DNA of 45,959 nucleotides from Perkinsus olseni (Eukaryota): NCBI GenBank assembly GCA_013115125.1, contig JABANN010000264.1, positions 1 to 45,959 of the forward strand, read 5' to 3'. Shown piece by piece: positions 1 to 12,587 of this stretch (position 1 is its first letter; each line of letters starts with the position of its first letter). The notes under the pieces were generated by a model. It saw only the letters and a program-made list of their open reading frames with translations, ran no database searches and was not told where the DNA came from. The position numbers and the translations under genes were made by a program.

Positions 1-70
<70 letters not shown>
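1..70. repeat. (AAC)n microsatellite, truncated by window start
   Basis: About 23 perfect AAC units read directly; lies just 3' of the minus-strand ORF ending at 141. Confidence 0.97.
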
Positions 71-71
<1 letters not shown>

Positions 72-140
72 ATCACAATAAACATCATCGTGACAACATC
101 GAAGGACAGCATAACCATGATCATCATCACAGACAGGCCT

Positions 141-833
141 TTATCGAACATTGATCTTCGTCACGTAGCGTCCACCTTCTTTGGGCCTCTCTTGGGAAGG
201 CAAAGAGAAAGTGACCTTACCAACCCCCTCACGCAGTTGCTTAACCTCAGCTTGCTTAGTCTCGGGTCGTTTAACCGCGGGTTGCTTAACTTCGCCCTCT
301 TCCTCCGATAGCAACACTCCCGTATCCCTTTTCTTAAGGATGGAGTTCACACGCTTCAGCTGAGCAGGTGCCGCCTGGGTGCGGCCTCTTCCTCGGGAGA
401 GGAACCCCTGGTCGTCCGAGGCTTGCACCAATGGTATCCCCTTCTCGTCAGCCCACCTGATCTTCCTATTTTCCTTGGGCAATATCTGGTCATCATCAGA
501 GCCCTGCGCGGCGACAATTCTACGCTGCATGAGAGGAGGCTGCTGTGTCCTCGGCATCATCACAGGCTCCAAGACGTCATAGTGTCTTCCGTCATACGCA
601 ATGATTCTGCCGCCGGGTTGAGCGTAGATCGGAGCCACAGGGTGAGCGGGAGCGGCATGAGGGTAGGGAGAAGAGGCCCTCTTCCTGGCCTTGCCAGTTG
701 AGGCAACACAGTCCGGGTGGGTGATGAGGAGAATGGCTAGGAGGTTGAGGTTCATCATTATGGAGAGTGCTGGGGTGGAGATAACTGATATCATAATAAA
801 GGCGACGGAGGAGTAGCACAGCGATCGGAACAT
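141..833 (-). CDS. Single-exon putative secreted, largely disordered protein with PP1-docking-like motifs (KIRW, SILK, KVTF)
   Basis: 230-aa ORF with a hydrophobic N-terminus (MMNLNLLAILLITHPDCVAS; true start may be ~761), followed by basic and Pro/Gln-rich sequence. No recognisable folded domain. Confidence 0.65.
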   Translation of the reverse strand: MFRSLCYSSVAFIMISVISTPALSIMMNLNLLAILLITHPDCVASTGKARKRASSPYPHAAPAHPVAPIYAQPGGRIIAYDGRHYDVLEPVMMPRTQQPPLMQRRIVAAQGSDDDQILPKENRKIRWADEKGIPLVQASDDQGFLSRGRGRTQAAPAQLKRVNSILKKRDTGVLLSEEEGEVKQPAVKRPETKQAEVKQLREGVGKVTFSLPSQERPKEGGRYVTKINVR

Positions 834-1087
834 CGTAGCACTTCCGAAACGTCGGCTAGGCGTTGAGGGAGGCCGAGTTGGGTGCTATCCAAGAGCTCCG
901 AGACCTGGCGTTACACTCACTGTGCTGCACTTTTACCTCTAACCGGAGGAGGCGCCCAGGAAGGATACGGCCAATCTTCTCACGAGGGGAGGTTGTTCAA
1001 TTGTCTATCCCATGGCCTTCGATACGAGCGAGGCAATGGTGTGCATGAATCTTTTGGGAGTACTACCGGCCTTCGTGAAAAGCAACA

Positions 1088-2370
1088 TCATCGGACTTGT
1101 TCACTGATAAACATAGAGAGCATCATCACATGGACACAGCAGACATGAAAGAAGCAGCCCGCAATACTAGCAGCATCTAGACGCTGGATTCGTAGGCGGG
1201 CGGATAGCTTTAAAGTATCCTGGAGGGTATCAGAGAGGGGAGCTGACCTAGGTCGCCTCGCGTAGTTGTAACGACCAGGACGACGATGATGGGCCAGCTG
1301 TTCGAGGTTGGCCGCGGCTATCGGTGATGGAGCCCAACTAGCCGTGGTTTGGCCCTCTGGGTACTCATAAGGCTGCGGACGACGTTGTGTACCGTCCACG
1401 TTCTGATGATAATAACGAGGTAACTTTGGACGTAGTGTGACACGATCCTCATCATCCACCGCTCGCAGGGTTGTTTTAACAGGATACTCCTCAGCAGCGG
1501 CTTGGTATAACAAACACAGTTGTCTGCGGAGGCTATCACACGACAGGTCTTCGGTGGCTGCACTCTTGAACACGTTGAGGAATAACTTCTGGCTGTCAAG
1601 GTTTCACGTGTGCTGGATGTCCCACGTGGGATTTTTATATTCATCGCCCAGACAGGATCCACCAAGCACTTCTCCTCGTCCATGCAGGCAACTCCCTCGT
1701 CTTTGTCCCTAAAAAGCCTCACTACTATCGAATATAATCACAGCCATTCTCGTGGCACTCACCAGTACACAACCTGTCCACCATTTTCACCGCTACACTC
1801 GACCCTGTCAGTCCTCTCCCTTCTCAGACCTCTTGGCAAACCACATTCCGTTTTTCCACTTTCCGCGGTCGTAGCCGAACACGTACTCCTTCCCTGAACG
1901 ATCGAAAATCTTTCACATCAACATGAACGGAAGTTAAATTCAACCTACCATAGCTTCCCGGGACCTCCATAACTTCACACTTTTTCTAAAAAAAAACAAG
2001 GCGGCTGCGTCGTCTAACTAGGCTACACGACCGATGCCCCGCGAGAGGTCGTTGACAAAGCAAGAACTCTGAGTGAACGATCAGTCACATGAGAAGGAAG
2101 AATGTCGCAACAAGCAGCCGCGCCAAAGATTCGGAATCCCCGAGGGCGAGAGATGCCACCGAGATGAGCGTCAGCAGGACGAAAATACAGGTCTCGCGTT
2201 CAAGTCCACGGAAGGGAAATGAAGGCAGGATATCTCAGACTAACTTCGAAAACAGATTTGCGTAGGGATTGGCGAATAGATCCGCCCCGAGTGAAGGTGG
2301 CGTTAATGAAGATGCTGTGGTGTTGAAGCCAGACTAGGATGGTCGCTATGGAAGATACCTTCGACAACAT
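1088..2370 (-). pseudogene. Multi-exon secreted-protein gene with apparent frameshifts (paralog of 2721-3409)
   Basis: Signal-like MLSKVSSIATILVWLQ at 2370; exons KWKNGMWFAKRSEK/RTDRVECS..VYW|DKDEGVACMDEEKCLVDPVW and DSLRRQLCLLYQAA. Frame changes near ~1818 and ~1600 are needed to keep homology with the neighbouring paralog. Confidence 0.5.
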
Positions 2371-2720
2371 GGCGAGTTCCAAATAACTGGCACAGTGATA
2401 ACTATTGCCTCATCCCAACGGGAGTCAGAACATCAACTCCGTTGCAATATACACCAAAGGTTGTTGACATAGCAGAGCAACCACGCCCATGAAAATGCCG
2501 ACAGGAGCAGCAGCCCCACTTGCGAGATTTAGCAGATGAGGTTTGCGTCTGTGGCAACTATGAGTGTCGTCAGCATCAATCGCTTGCAGTCACTTGCTCA
2601 TACATGTACATCGGAAGAGCCTTCCAGGACGGGCCATCGGAGGGTTCCAATTCTCCTTGAGAGCAGCAGCAGCAGCAGTGGCGTCACCATCGTCGTCGTC
2701 GTTATCATCTCCAGGTAAGG

Positions 2721-3409
2721 TTACATTGACATGCTTCTGCAGTGCGCCGCATCGGACATACGACAGAGCGCTTCACGAAGGCCGTCCGGTCCACGGTGAT
2801 GCGAGCAGCAGCCCGCCTCGAGCGGAGCGTACGGCTGATCGACAGGACTCATCTTGATGGGCTCGAATGTCCACCGAGTCTGGTCAGAGTTTATGAGCAC
2901 GTTTGGTCTTGGAAGCATCGACGCTCATCAAGACGGGGGATTCCTCCCCTTAGTTGCCCTGAAAGTGCAACCATGAATTGACCATAGTCATCTTATCAGC
3001 GGCACTCACCAGCGGCGCACTCTCCTGAAGTTGGACGAGGAGCAGACCGCTGTCGCAGTCCTCGTCCTGCCATCCTCGGACCTCTGGCCTAGCCACATGC
3101 CCTTCTCCCACTTGAAGCTATTTGTAGATGCCGGTCCTTCCAACCGAATGGACGAGAAGGAGTCGCAGCTGTTGCACATGGTCAGTGGGGTTGTAGAAGC
3201 ACAACGATGGAAAGCGGAGCGAAGTTTGGAGGGAGCTTGGCCGCTACGAACTTCCTCCGAGGGAGCAGACATTGGACTGGCTTCAGACAGCCAGCGGTAG
3301 CATGACCGCTGCGGCAAGAAACGATTATTGAAGCTTGGATAAGCAGCGGGAGTTGCAACCGTAAGACTCGATCCACGAGTAACGCGAGTTCGTGTGAAGC
3401 TAGCATCAA
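2721..3409 (-). pseudogene. Degenerate tandem paralog of the 1088-2370 gene
   Basis: KWEKGMWLGQRSEDGRT..C..RRW ends at the same TG|GTGAGTGCC donor; next exon has IPRLDERRCFQD and DGLREALCRMSDAA in different frames. Confidence 0.5.
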
Positions 3410-3667
3410 CTAAGATACGGTAATGCTACTGGACGCTGGTGATGGCAACGGCTACACTTGAGGATCACCCGAATGGGAGAAAGTCACTGAAGCAATATAT
3501 CGTCGCTGATAACAGTAAAGCGTAATAGTAGAACAGCGGGGTGGGAGGACGGTTGTTGCTAAATGTGCTCAGAAGCGCACTCCGACCCTCCTTCTTATGA
3601 ACACGAGATGACAAACGGTAGCAGTTAAGTTAACAAAGCATAATCATGGAGAACATCAGTGATTAGG

Positions 3668-4542
3668 TCAAGCTTTAACAGAGTTGTAACGGAAGCATAG
3701 TTTCTCCAGGAGAATATCGTAGGCATTGGAAGCCTCGACGAATGTACCTCCGAGAGCCTTCATTAGATGAGCAGCGGCTTCGGCACACATCTTCTCGTCT
3801 TCATAGCTTTCAAGGGCGAAACTCATCTCCCCTATAGGGTCATTGAACTCCTTGTCGTCCTTGATGACAGTACTGGTGGTGGGGTTACTGAGGAAGAAGG
3901 AGTTCATCACAGCGGATTCCCTATCCCAGGATCTGTATCACTATCCAGGAACACGCCCTGTGACAGTGGCCCTGGGGGGGTGTTGAATGCACTGTCGCCC
4001 ATCACTGTTGCATGATACTAGACATGCTCGGTTTCCCCTCACGCGACGGTGACTCATCATAAACGACGAACAGAAGCTGAGCTCACATTATGTAAAGCGG
4101 AGTGTCTTCTTCGGGAATATCTTTAGAGCCACATTGTAGCTTGAGCATTGAGATGTAGCCTCTGCCCTTCTTCTCCTTGAGACGGAAGTAGATCTCAGAA
4201 TCGAAACTTCTGCTAGTGGCGGGGAGAACGCCACAGACATCAGACTCTGGACGAGCGTCTATCCTCCAGCTCCCCTGAGATGTACGAAATGAGGTACCAA
4301 TAATTCAGTCATCGCTCACACCTTCAACCACTTCTTTGGGAAATCAGGCTCGGAGTGGGCTTGTAAGGATTGCAGGGCGCAGGGAGTTCCCAGTAACAGG
4401 GAAGTGATGGTGGCCCTTGTACGCATGCACAAGATGAAAGTCTAGCTGGAAACCTCCTGGAAAATGCGTAGAAGGGAGTTCTCGCCGGTGAGCTGTTCAA
4501 GAGCAGATAAAGTCGACTGATCTGCATTAGTAGCCTTCTCAT
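3668..4542 (-). CDS. Divergent member of the secreted Cys-patterned family (see 11733-17716)
   Basis: Spliced model ...KKWLK|GSWRIDARPESDVCGV...MLKLQC..LYI|MESAVM...NDPIGEM...C..A...ALG...YDILLEKLC. Same W-x-K|GT and Y-x-x| intron positions and same DP..C..LG..DLL..LC motif as copies A-D. Confidence 0.6.
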
Positions 4543-5112
4543 CTCTGCTAAGTGTCACAGAGAGAGCCGCTTGGCTGAGTGCCTTAGAAGCTCGCCTTAC
4601 ACAGGCTCAATCACAGGAAAACTCGGCGTTGAATTTGACAGTGATGATGATTACGGCAGCGGGTGGTACGTACATAGCTCCCCACGACGTATCAACACTG
4701 TTCGCGGGTATCGCCAACTCGACCATATTGAGTTTCACTGTTTACAGCCCCCATTGGCTTCGTAGAAGGTCTTTCAGCATTCATTATGATGACTTGGATT
4801 GGCTGGAAACATTTTATTCGAGCGCGTCAACGACTTTCCGCGCGAGACCGGGCGGGCGAGTTAACAGTAGAGCTCGCTCCAATACGTCCACTAAAAACGC
4901 GACACCTCCGATGAAGTTTGGACGTATTGTTAGTCGAAGATGGTTCAGAACGTGCCCCCTTACGTTTGTAAGACCGTCTTCCCAAGAATGCGCTGATACC
5001 GGGCGTGCGCGCTTTTTTTCTAGCGGAGCGAAACGACTCGGGAACTCGGCGATTGCCCCTCTTTTTAGCACGCGTACGGCAGTGAAGGCCTTGTAGTTTA
5101 ACGTGTAGGAAA

Positions 5113-6152
5113 ATGGCCGATCAACGTACTGTTGGGGATATGCTAGCTGACACGCTGATAACAGCGATGAAGGAGAAGGAGGAGCAGCTGGACAAAGAGA
5201 TTGAGAAGTATCTTAGGTTGATCCGCGCAAGATCCGAAATAGGTCAATTTGCGACATCACTCGTGCAATCGTCCAATCCGGACATATTGATCGAGCATTG
5301 TTTCGTATCCGAGTGCGTATCCAATCACACTTTAGGTTGGACAATTTGAAAGAGGATGACATTGAAGAGATCAGACGAAAGAGGTTGGAGGAGATGAAGG
5401 AAGACTATAAGGCCAGTCTGGTGGGTGATGATGAACGGTCGTTGCTGGACGACTGTGAAGAGTAAACCCTCAGGAGCTCCGTTCGAAGGGACACGGTGAA
5501 TACACGGAGTTGCATTCTGAAAGGGAGTTCTTCGAAGCGAGTATCTTTAGGTCGCTTTGGTGTCACATGAGTGTTGTCAGGCTGCTAAAGATTCCAAGCT
5601 CATGGTTTGTCACTTTTATAGACCGACCACGTGGCGATGTCAGATTGTAGATAAGTAGGTCCCCGGATCGATCCCCGGTCAAGTCATTTTTGTTGTTCCC
5701 CTAGACACTTGACCGTCCTAGCAGAGAAGTACATTGGAACCAGATTTGTCAAGATCAACGCTGAGAAGGTGAGGGCGTCGTCGCAATACCATCCACTCCT
5801 CATCTCCGTTTCTTAGTCCCCGTTTTTATGTGACCGATTTAGAATTATGATGTTACCTGCGATGATGCTGGTGAAGGATGGTAAGGGCGGGGTCCTTCGC
5901 TGTCGCCTAGAGGGCACTACAGGCCCCTTCCTCTCACTCTGTCTCTATGGCTGCTCCCATCAGCGTGATAAGGTCGATTTTTGGTAGGTAAGACGGAGCA
6001 TTCTATCATCGGCTTTGATGAGTTTGGCGGTGGAGACGACTTCGATACCGATGCTATCGAGGAGGTGATGGTGACACTGGTCTTGCTAGGCTGGCAGTTC
6101 TTAACCTCCACAGGTGCTTGCCACTTGGCAGATCGTCAAACGTCGGAATTAA
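5113..6152 (+). CDS. TXNDC9: Phosducin-like protein 3 / thioredoxin domain-containing protein 9 homolog (8 exons)
   Basis: Spliced: MADQRTVG..EQLDKEIE..IRRKRLEEMK..GHGEYTELHSEREFFE|AAKDSKLMVCHFYRPTTWRCQIVDK|HLTVLAEKYIGTRFVKINAEK|SPFLCDRFRIMMLP..KDG|KTEHSIIGFDEFGGGDDF; includes one GC-AG intron. Confidence 0.93.
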
Positions 6153-6250
6153 TTAGATGTAACCCCAAGGGCGAGTATCTGTATGAACGCATTTCAGACG
6201 AACGTGTTTTGTTATCGAAACGACAGGTCGTCTCATCTTTAGTATCTTTC

Positions 6251-9200
6251 ATGCCATTGCCTCTCCGTTATCTACTACGGTTAAGGTCAGCAAACCAGGC
6301 TGGTGTGATCAGAAGCATCAGTACCAAGCCGGAAGCTCGGACGAAGCAAGTGGAGTAAGTTCTCTGCCTCTGCGGTATGCTTCTTGTCCGTTTTTGCTCA
6401 CGATGATTCTGATGATCATGGTTGCTTTTAGATGGACCCAACGCGTGGCCTTGCCGTTGGCGGATGTCGTCAATGGGGACGCTGCTGGGGTGACCGGACA
6501 CTTGGAGGTGTCAGAAGAGGGCATGTCTCCCAAACGACCGACTCGGAAGCAGGAGATGAGGTCGCTGTATCTGAATTGCCGTATGTGATTTGGGCAATTT
6601 CAGGGCGCGCGAGAAACAGCGGAAGGCGTGGATGGGGAAGGAGATGACAGCGTTGATGGATGATGGTTGGGATTACGAAGGGAAGTAGTGCATCACGACC
6701 ACCACAGGGACGCTCGGCTTGAGCGGTGCTCTCAGATGGCGAGGTGAGCATCTGCCTGAGGATCCCAACGTACTGTATGATGTGCTACCGAAGGCTCATC
6801 TTCGTAAAGCGGTGGTTATAGACAAGGCCTCCGGCGTCAAGAGGTGAGATTCTGCGTTAACGTATTATTATAGTATGAATCAGCCTCGCGCGACCTTCCC
6901 GTTGTCGAGCTCGAGTGTAGGGCTTTCTTCGAGGAACTGTTCTTCTGAACTCTCGTCAATGCCGGTTTATCTTTCGCGTGCCACGCTCCACGTTCTTAAG
7001 TTTCATCAGGTGGACTCCAATAGCCAACCTTCCCCCGGGTGGCCTTATCGAAATAGCTTCCTCGTCCACTGTGAAGTATCAGTCGGACAGAGGCTTCTGG
7101 GATGCCATCTGTCGACGGGCTGCTGAGTATATCAGTCATTCCCTCACTGTAAAGCAGATTCGCAGCTTGCTAGGTGAGGAAGCCAGGCAGGCAGCAGTTA
7201 CACGCATGCACATTTGACTGCGCACAGGAGCCTTGGCAAGAGCTGAGTGTAGAGCTCATCCGGGGCTACTGAGGAAGATGAGCGCGGAGCTTCTGGAGAG
7301 GTTCCCGCAGCTGACGCTGCTCACCTGCGCGGAGTGTGCCGAAGCTTATCAAAAGCTCGAGTAAGCATTCCTGCATCGTTACGGCAGACGTGCCGCTGAC
7401 GGAAGTTGATGCTGTAGTATTTGAGTTTCCCCCTTTTACATTTTATCAATTCTCAGCGACGCATAAGGGATGGGTAATTCTTCTCCAATTTCGGCCACTT
7501 CCAATTCCGCGTGGGAATTGCTTACAACTCGCAATATCCTCGTGCGAGTCTCATGAGAAATACGAGTGCCTGGCGAAATTTTTTGATTGAATAATCGCAT
7601 TTTAGGTACGACCATACAGGTACCTACATTATGCTGGCATTAGGATTTGTCCAGGAGATGGAAGACCTCCGCTATCCACTGGTTGGGTCAGAACGAAACC
7701 CGATCTCGCCTGACCGAGCTATCGGGATGGCGGTGCAGATCCTCACGGCATTCTCTAGAGCCAAACTGAACGGTGCCACCCCTAGCGATCTGCTTGACTG
7801 CTGTGCATATACACTGTAAGTGAGGTTATATCTTGCTTTCTTGCTAGTACTTGAATTTCCTCCACGCTCTCTTATGCAAGCGGTGCCCGATTTTAGTAGA
7901 GACTTGGCATCACTTCCGCTCACGCGTCAAAGAAAACGAGTTTGCAGGTGCTCGCATCGAGACATGGCGAAGGATTGCGTCGATGACTTCATAGCTGCCG
8001 TTGATGCATACCGGAGGTTCTCTCGCCACGTCACAGCAATCGAGCTTGCGAAGATTATCTTGGGGTCTGCCTGTATCCTCGAAGTGGACCACATGGCCCG
8101 CCTTGCGAGAGCGGTAGGGTGACGCTGATGAGAGTTTGCTGTGGAGGCATTCGATGGCTCGGGATGGAGAGATGCTCGACCAGGTCCACGGCGTGGAGGG
8201 GAGTGGGGCAATAACGGCTCAGTTAGCTGAGTTGATAGGGGCCACTGTGAAGGACGCAGCAGCATTGAAAGGAGAAGCTGCCGTCAAACTCACTGTAAAG
8301 GATTTGCCCGTGTCGCGCGCAATGGCGCACTAATAGATACAAACTCGCGGAGAGAGTAGTGAGTTGGATGAATTTGGCATGCCTGTAGGAAGCATATCTT
8401 CGAGGAGGATATCCATCGAAATCGATCGCCTGATCGATTTGATAGAGTGTTTCATGGCGGTTGAACTGGAAGGTGTGGTCACTGCCTTCACCGGGCCCCA
8501 TTCACCATTTGTAATTCAGTTCCTGAAGTTTTGGTAAAGGTAATTGCGAGCACCGTTGATGACTCTTACCGAGCCGCCAGAGTGCTGGGCTGGACAGAGC
8601 GTCTACCCATCGCTCTCCAGGATCGGTAAAGCACGTGAAACGTCTCCTTTCACGCAGCTTGACAGCAGGTTGGTTAACACAGTCCTAGCGAATCAGACTG
8701 GGCTGGTGCCGCATGGCCTGAGGGAGGTGTTCGAGAATCCGACCTTATCGAGGCGGGAGGACTTCTTGACGGAGCTGGCATCCCTGATGGAGAAGGAGGC
8801 TGATAGATTCAGGGAGGATCATTGTGTTATAATTGCGAGGTGCGGGGATCGAACCCGGGTGCTGGGACGGCGAGCTGACACACAGGGTCTACGGCTCCTT
8901 CGGTTCTAAATTCGACGGTGTAGTGAAGAAGTGTTTGAGGCAGCTCAACAACAGGCTCTCACAGAAGAGGTAAAGACGCCGGTCGTCCAGCCTGTAATGG
9001 ATCATCGACAGTATTTCTCCAGGCTGGAGGCCTTGGATGAAGAAAGGCCCCACCCGGGAGCGCGTAGCGAGTACAGCGGAAGCTTGCTGTGGCATGAGAA
9101 GCCGATTGATAGGGAAGAGCTTGCTGCGCAAGTATCGTGGTCTAGCGGTTATACTTACTGCTCCGACTTCTGGGGGTATCTGGTTCGATCCCCGGCGAGG

Positions 9201-9611
9201 GTCTTTCTCGTCAGGTTTGTGAGACTTTCGGCAAAACAACGTTGCATCCCAAGCTGCTGCAGCAGTTCGAACGACTCGTATCTCGGATGAGCCCCGACCA
9301 GCTTTTGAGGTCTTCTTCCAACTCGTTAGACCTGAGTAACGCCGAGCGACGTATCTTATAGGTGCGCAGCAACTCTACCGCAAGGCGTCCAAGCAGAAGT
9401 GCAACGCCGTGAGAGCAACAACAGCTACATGTATGGCGACGACAACCCTGATGAGATCGACCAAGTTGCCAAGGTACAGGACGAGCTGTATGAGCAAAGC
9501 GTGAGGACGCACTCGCAGGTCCCTGATTGTATTGCGGCGCAGATCCTCAGCCTCATCGGCTCCGTCAAGGAAGCTGAAAAGTCGTCATCATCAAGCTTTT
9601 TCGCTTACTAG
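6251..9611 (+). CDS. Large multi-exon alpha-helical-repeat protein (HPR/OPR/FASTK-like), probable mitochondrial RNA-binding protein
   Basis: Basic Arg/Ser/Leu-rich N-terminus MPLPLRYLLRLRSANQAGVIRSIST; repeat-like DRGFWDAICRRAAEYISHSLTVKQIRSLLGALARAE, QILTAFSRAKL, FSRHVTAIELAKIL. The 3' exons splice in frame to the stop at 9611. Family assignment is by pattern only. Confidence 0.6.
9132..9214 (+). other. Intron consisting almost entirely of a degenerate tRNA-like sequence (A box + B box)
   Basis: GTATCGTGGTCTAGCGGTTATAC...GGTTCGATCCCCGGCGAGGGTCTTTCTCGTCAG; removal joins ELAAQ|VCETFGK in frame. Confidence 0.7.
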
Positions 9612-9696
9612 TTTCCGAAATTCAAACATGTTTCCGACTTTTCTCTCTCTGTTTGGTTCAGTGCGATCATATTTTCTCATATCAACTTTTTCGTAA

Positions 9697-10494
<798 letters not shown>

Positions 10495-10623
10495 TGAGAT
10501 GCGACGATGTGACACCGTGATGACGTAGATTGGTGATGGTTATTGTTCGTGTTGGGTATTTTTACAACCGAGGTACTGGTCTCCAAGACCTTGTCGTCTG
10601 TATTGTGTTCTCATGAGATCTTC

Positions 10624-11441
10624 ATGCCTGAGCCCCCGCCCAGCGTTTCGAGCTCGTACCAAACTTCACCATTTCAGCGGCTAGAGGTTGCCAGTGGTAA
10701 TGAAACTCGAAGCGTATTGATTGATAGTATCAAAAAACAAAGTCGCTTTGAAGGACATGAGTACGGCTTCTGATGGCACGTACATTTACGAGTATTATAA
10801 ACAATCTATGGGATCATTCAGCTCCGAGAGTAGTCTGCGTCTGGCGACCGAATCTCCGAGAGAAATCAGCGTATTCAACCTGATGAGGAATCTTGAGGTC
10901 AACCATGCAAGATGCAAAAGAGGTCAACTCTTCGAACCTGTCCCTCGTTTGTTGCCCGCTCCGTTATCTTCTGGTACATCATGCACTTCTCGAATGCTGC
11001 ACGAGTCAGGAAACACTTATCTTCCACTGAAGAAGGAATCATCATCCTCAACAACCCGCGAACCAGTCCTCACTCTGTGACGAGCCCCTGCCAAGGAACA
11101 TGTAGTCCTTCCCTGTTCTCACCGATTGCGCAAGATAATTGGCAACACATTGCCCGTGAAGCTGAGGAATAGTTCACTTCCGTGAAGAAAGGGTTGAGCT
11201 TCTCACATTGAGCTCCATCTCACACGGTTGAGGTAGTTCTGCGGACATGGTCCTACGGAAGGTGCTCCTGTCGTCAGGCCTCTCCCTCATGCATCTGAGC
11301 ATGAAGCAGTACTGCAATCAGTACAGCAACTACGTACTTGGCGAAGTGTTCTCTGGAGCCGGAGCACTTATCGTAGTTGGGGTCACCAGTTCCGGGCAGG
11401 TACCTGATGATGATGATGCACTCAAAGCTCATCAGCTTTGA
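10624..11441 (+). CDS. Hypothetical multi-exon protein
   Basis: Consecutive + strand ORF segments with plausible splice sites; no recognisable domain, and the model is uncertain. Confidence 0.3.
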
Positions 11442-11732
11442 AGGGGTCAGCATCGCTGTTACGGAGTGTGGTCGGTTCTCGCCTCTCTCAAAAAGGCTTT
11501 CACACAGTCAGTGTGAGCAGAGAGTTCCTTGTTACACGTTGGAGTGAACGACGATGCTTCCATGACGACGCGACGCCGAGAACGATTACCAGAACGAAGC
11601 GAGCTGATTACCGTTGAGAAAAGACAAGATGGCACAAGTGCGCAAGATTTCCATCTCGGATGCTGTTTCGGCCCAATCCTGAGTTCCTCGCGCTTCAATC
11701 TCTATATTCACTCAGTACAAAGCACAGTCGTA

Positions 11733-12587
11733 ATGCCTCCACGAGTGTATCACTTGCTCCTCCTTTCACTCTCCCTTAACACCACAGAGGGCCTCTCCCG
11801 CGTCTCTCCTCCTCCCGCCAAGCGCCCCCGTGCCGCTGATGGGGCAGCAGCCTACGAGAACATGCTTGACAAGGCGATACTGTCTTGCTATGAAAATCGT
11901 CGTCGGAAACAACGTGAACGGTCCGGTGGCAAAAACATGACAAGCTGGGTTAAGGTGTGATGTAACTTTTTTCCGGAATGTAATTTTCTGATTTTCAGGA
12001 GAACACTCGGATTGACTACTCGAATGGGACGACTCCTATCGGTGGCTGCGTCGTGGCGGCGTCGTCGGCCTATGCCTCAACTTCGATCATCTTTTACCGC
12101 CATGAAGGGTCTCGAACTTTGCGGATGTTGTTTTTGCCGTGCTTTGACGGCACCCTTTACAGAGGGTAATGATGAATAGACGATGCACAGTGAAAGCACC
12201 ACGTCTTTTAGAAGTCGTGTATTCACATCCTTTGTGTCTAGGAACTCCGAGGGAGCCATTCACGCAAGGAACAAGGAAGAGGGCAAGGAGTGGTACATAG
12301 CTCAGGATCCAGTAGAGAAACTTGGCATTCTCATGCCGCCCCTCGACAAGGCCAGGTGTCGCTCTGCCACTATTACTCTTCTCGAAGAGTTGGGAGTGGT
12401 TACGGTTAAGGCAGACACATCTCCTTTCGATCTTCTTCAAAGGGGACTGTGTGACATGTTTTCTTCGGAGAGCAGCTCTGTCGAGCACAAGAGGGACATA
12501 CCCTCCTCAGTCGGTTCTCCTGCCGAGGGTAATTTGCATGAACGAAGAAGAGGAAGCCGTTTACGGCCTCTTTTTGATATACCGTAA
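11733..12587 (+). CDS. Secreted family copy A (3 exons, appears intact)
   Basis: Signal MPPRVYHLLLLSLSLNTTEG, NLS-like PPAKRPR, SWVK|ENTR..TPIGGCV..IIFYRH..PCFDGTLYRG|NSEGAIHARN..AQDPVEKL..C..LGV..PFDLLQRGLCDMF. Confidence 0.75.

Noticed and set aside
863-1148. Possible inverted relic of the 2721-3409 paralog (GGCCTTCGTGAA shared)
   Set aside because: Only a 12-nt match; insufficient.
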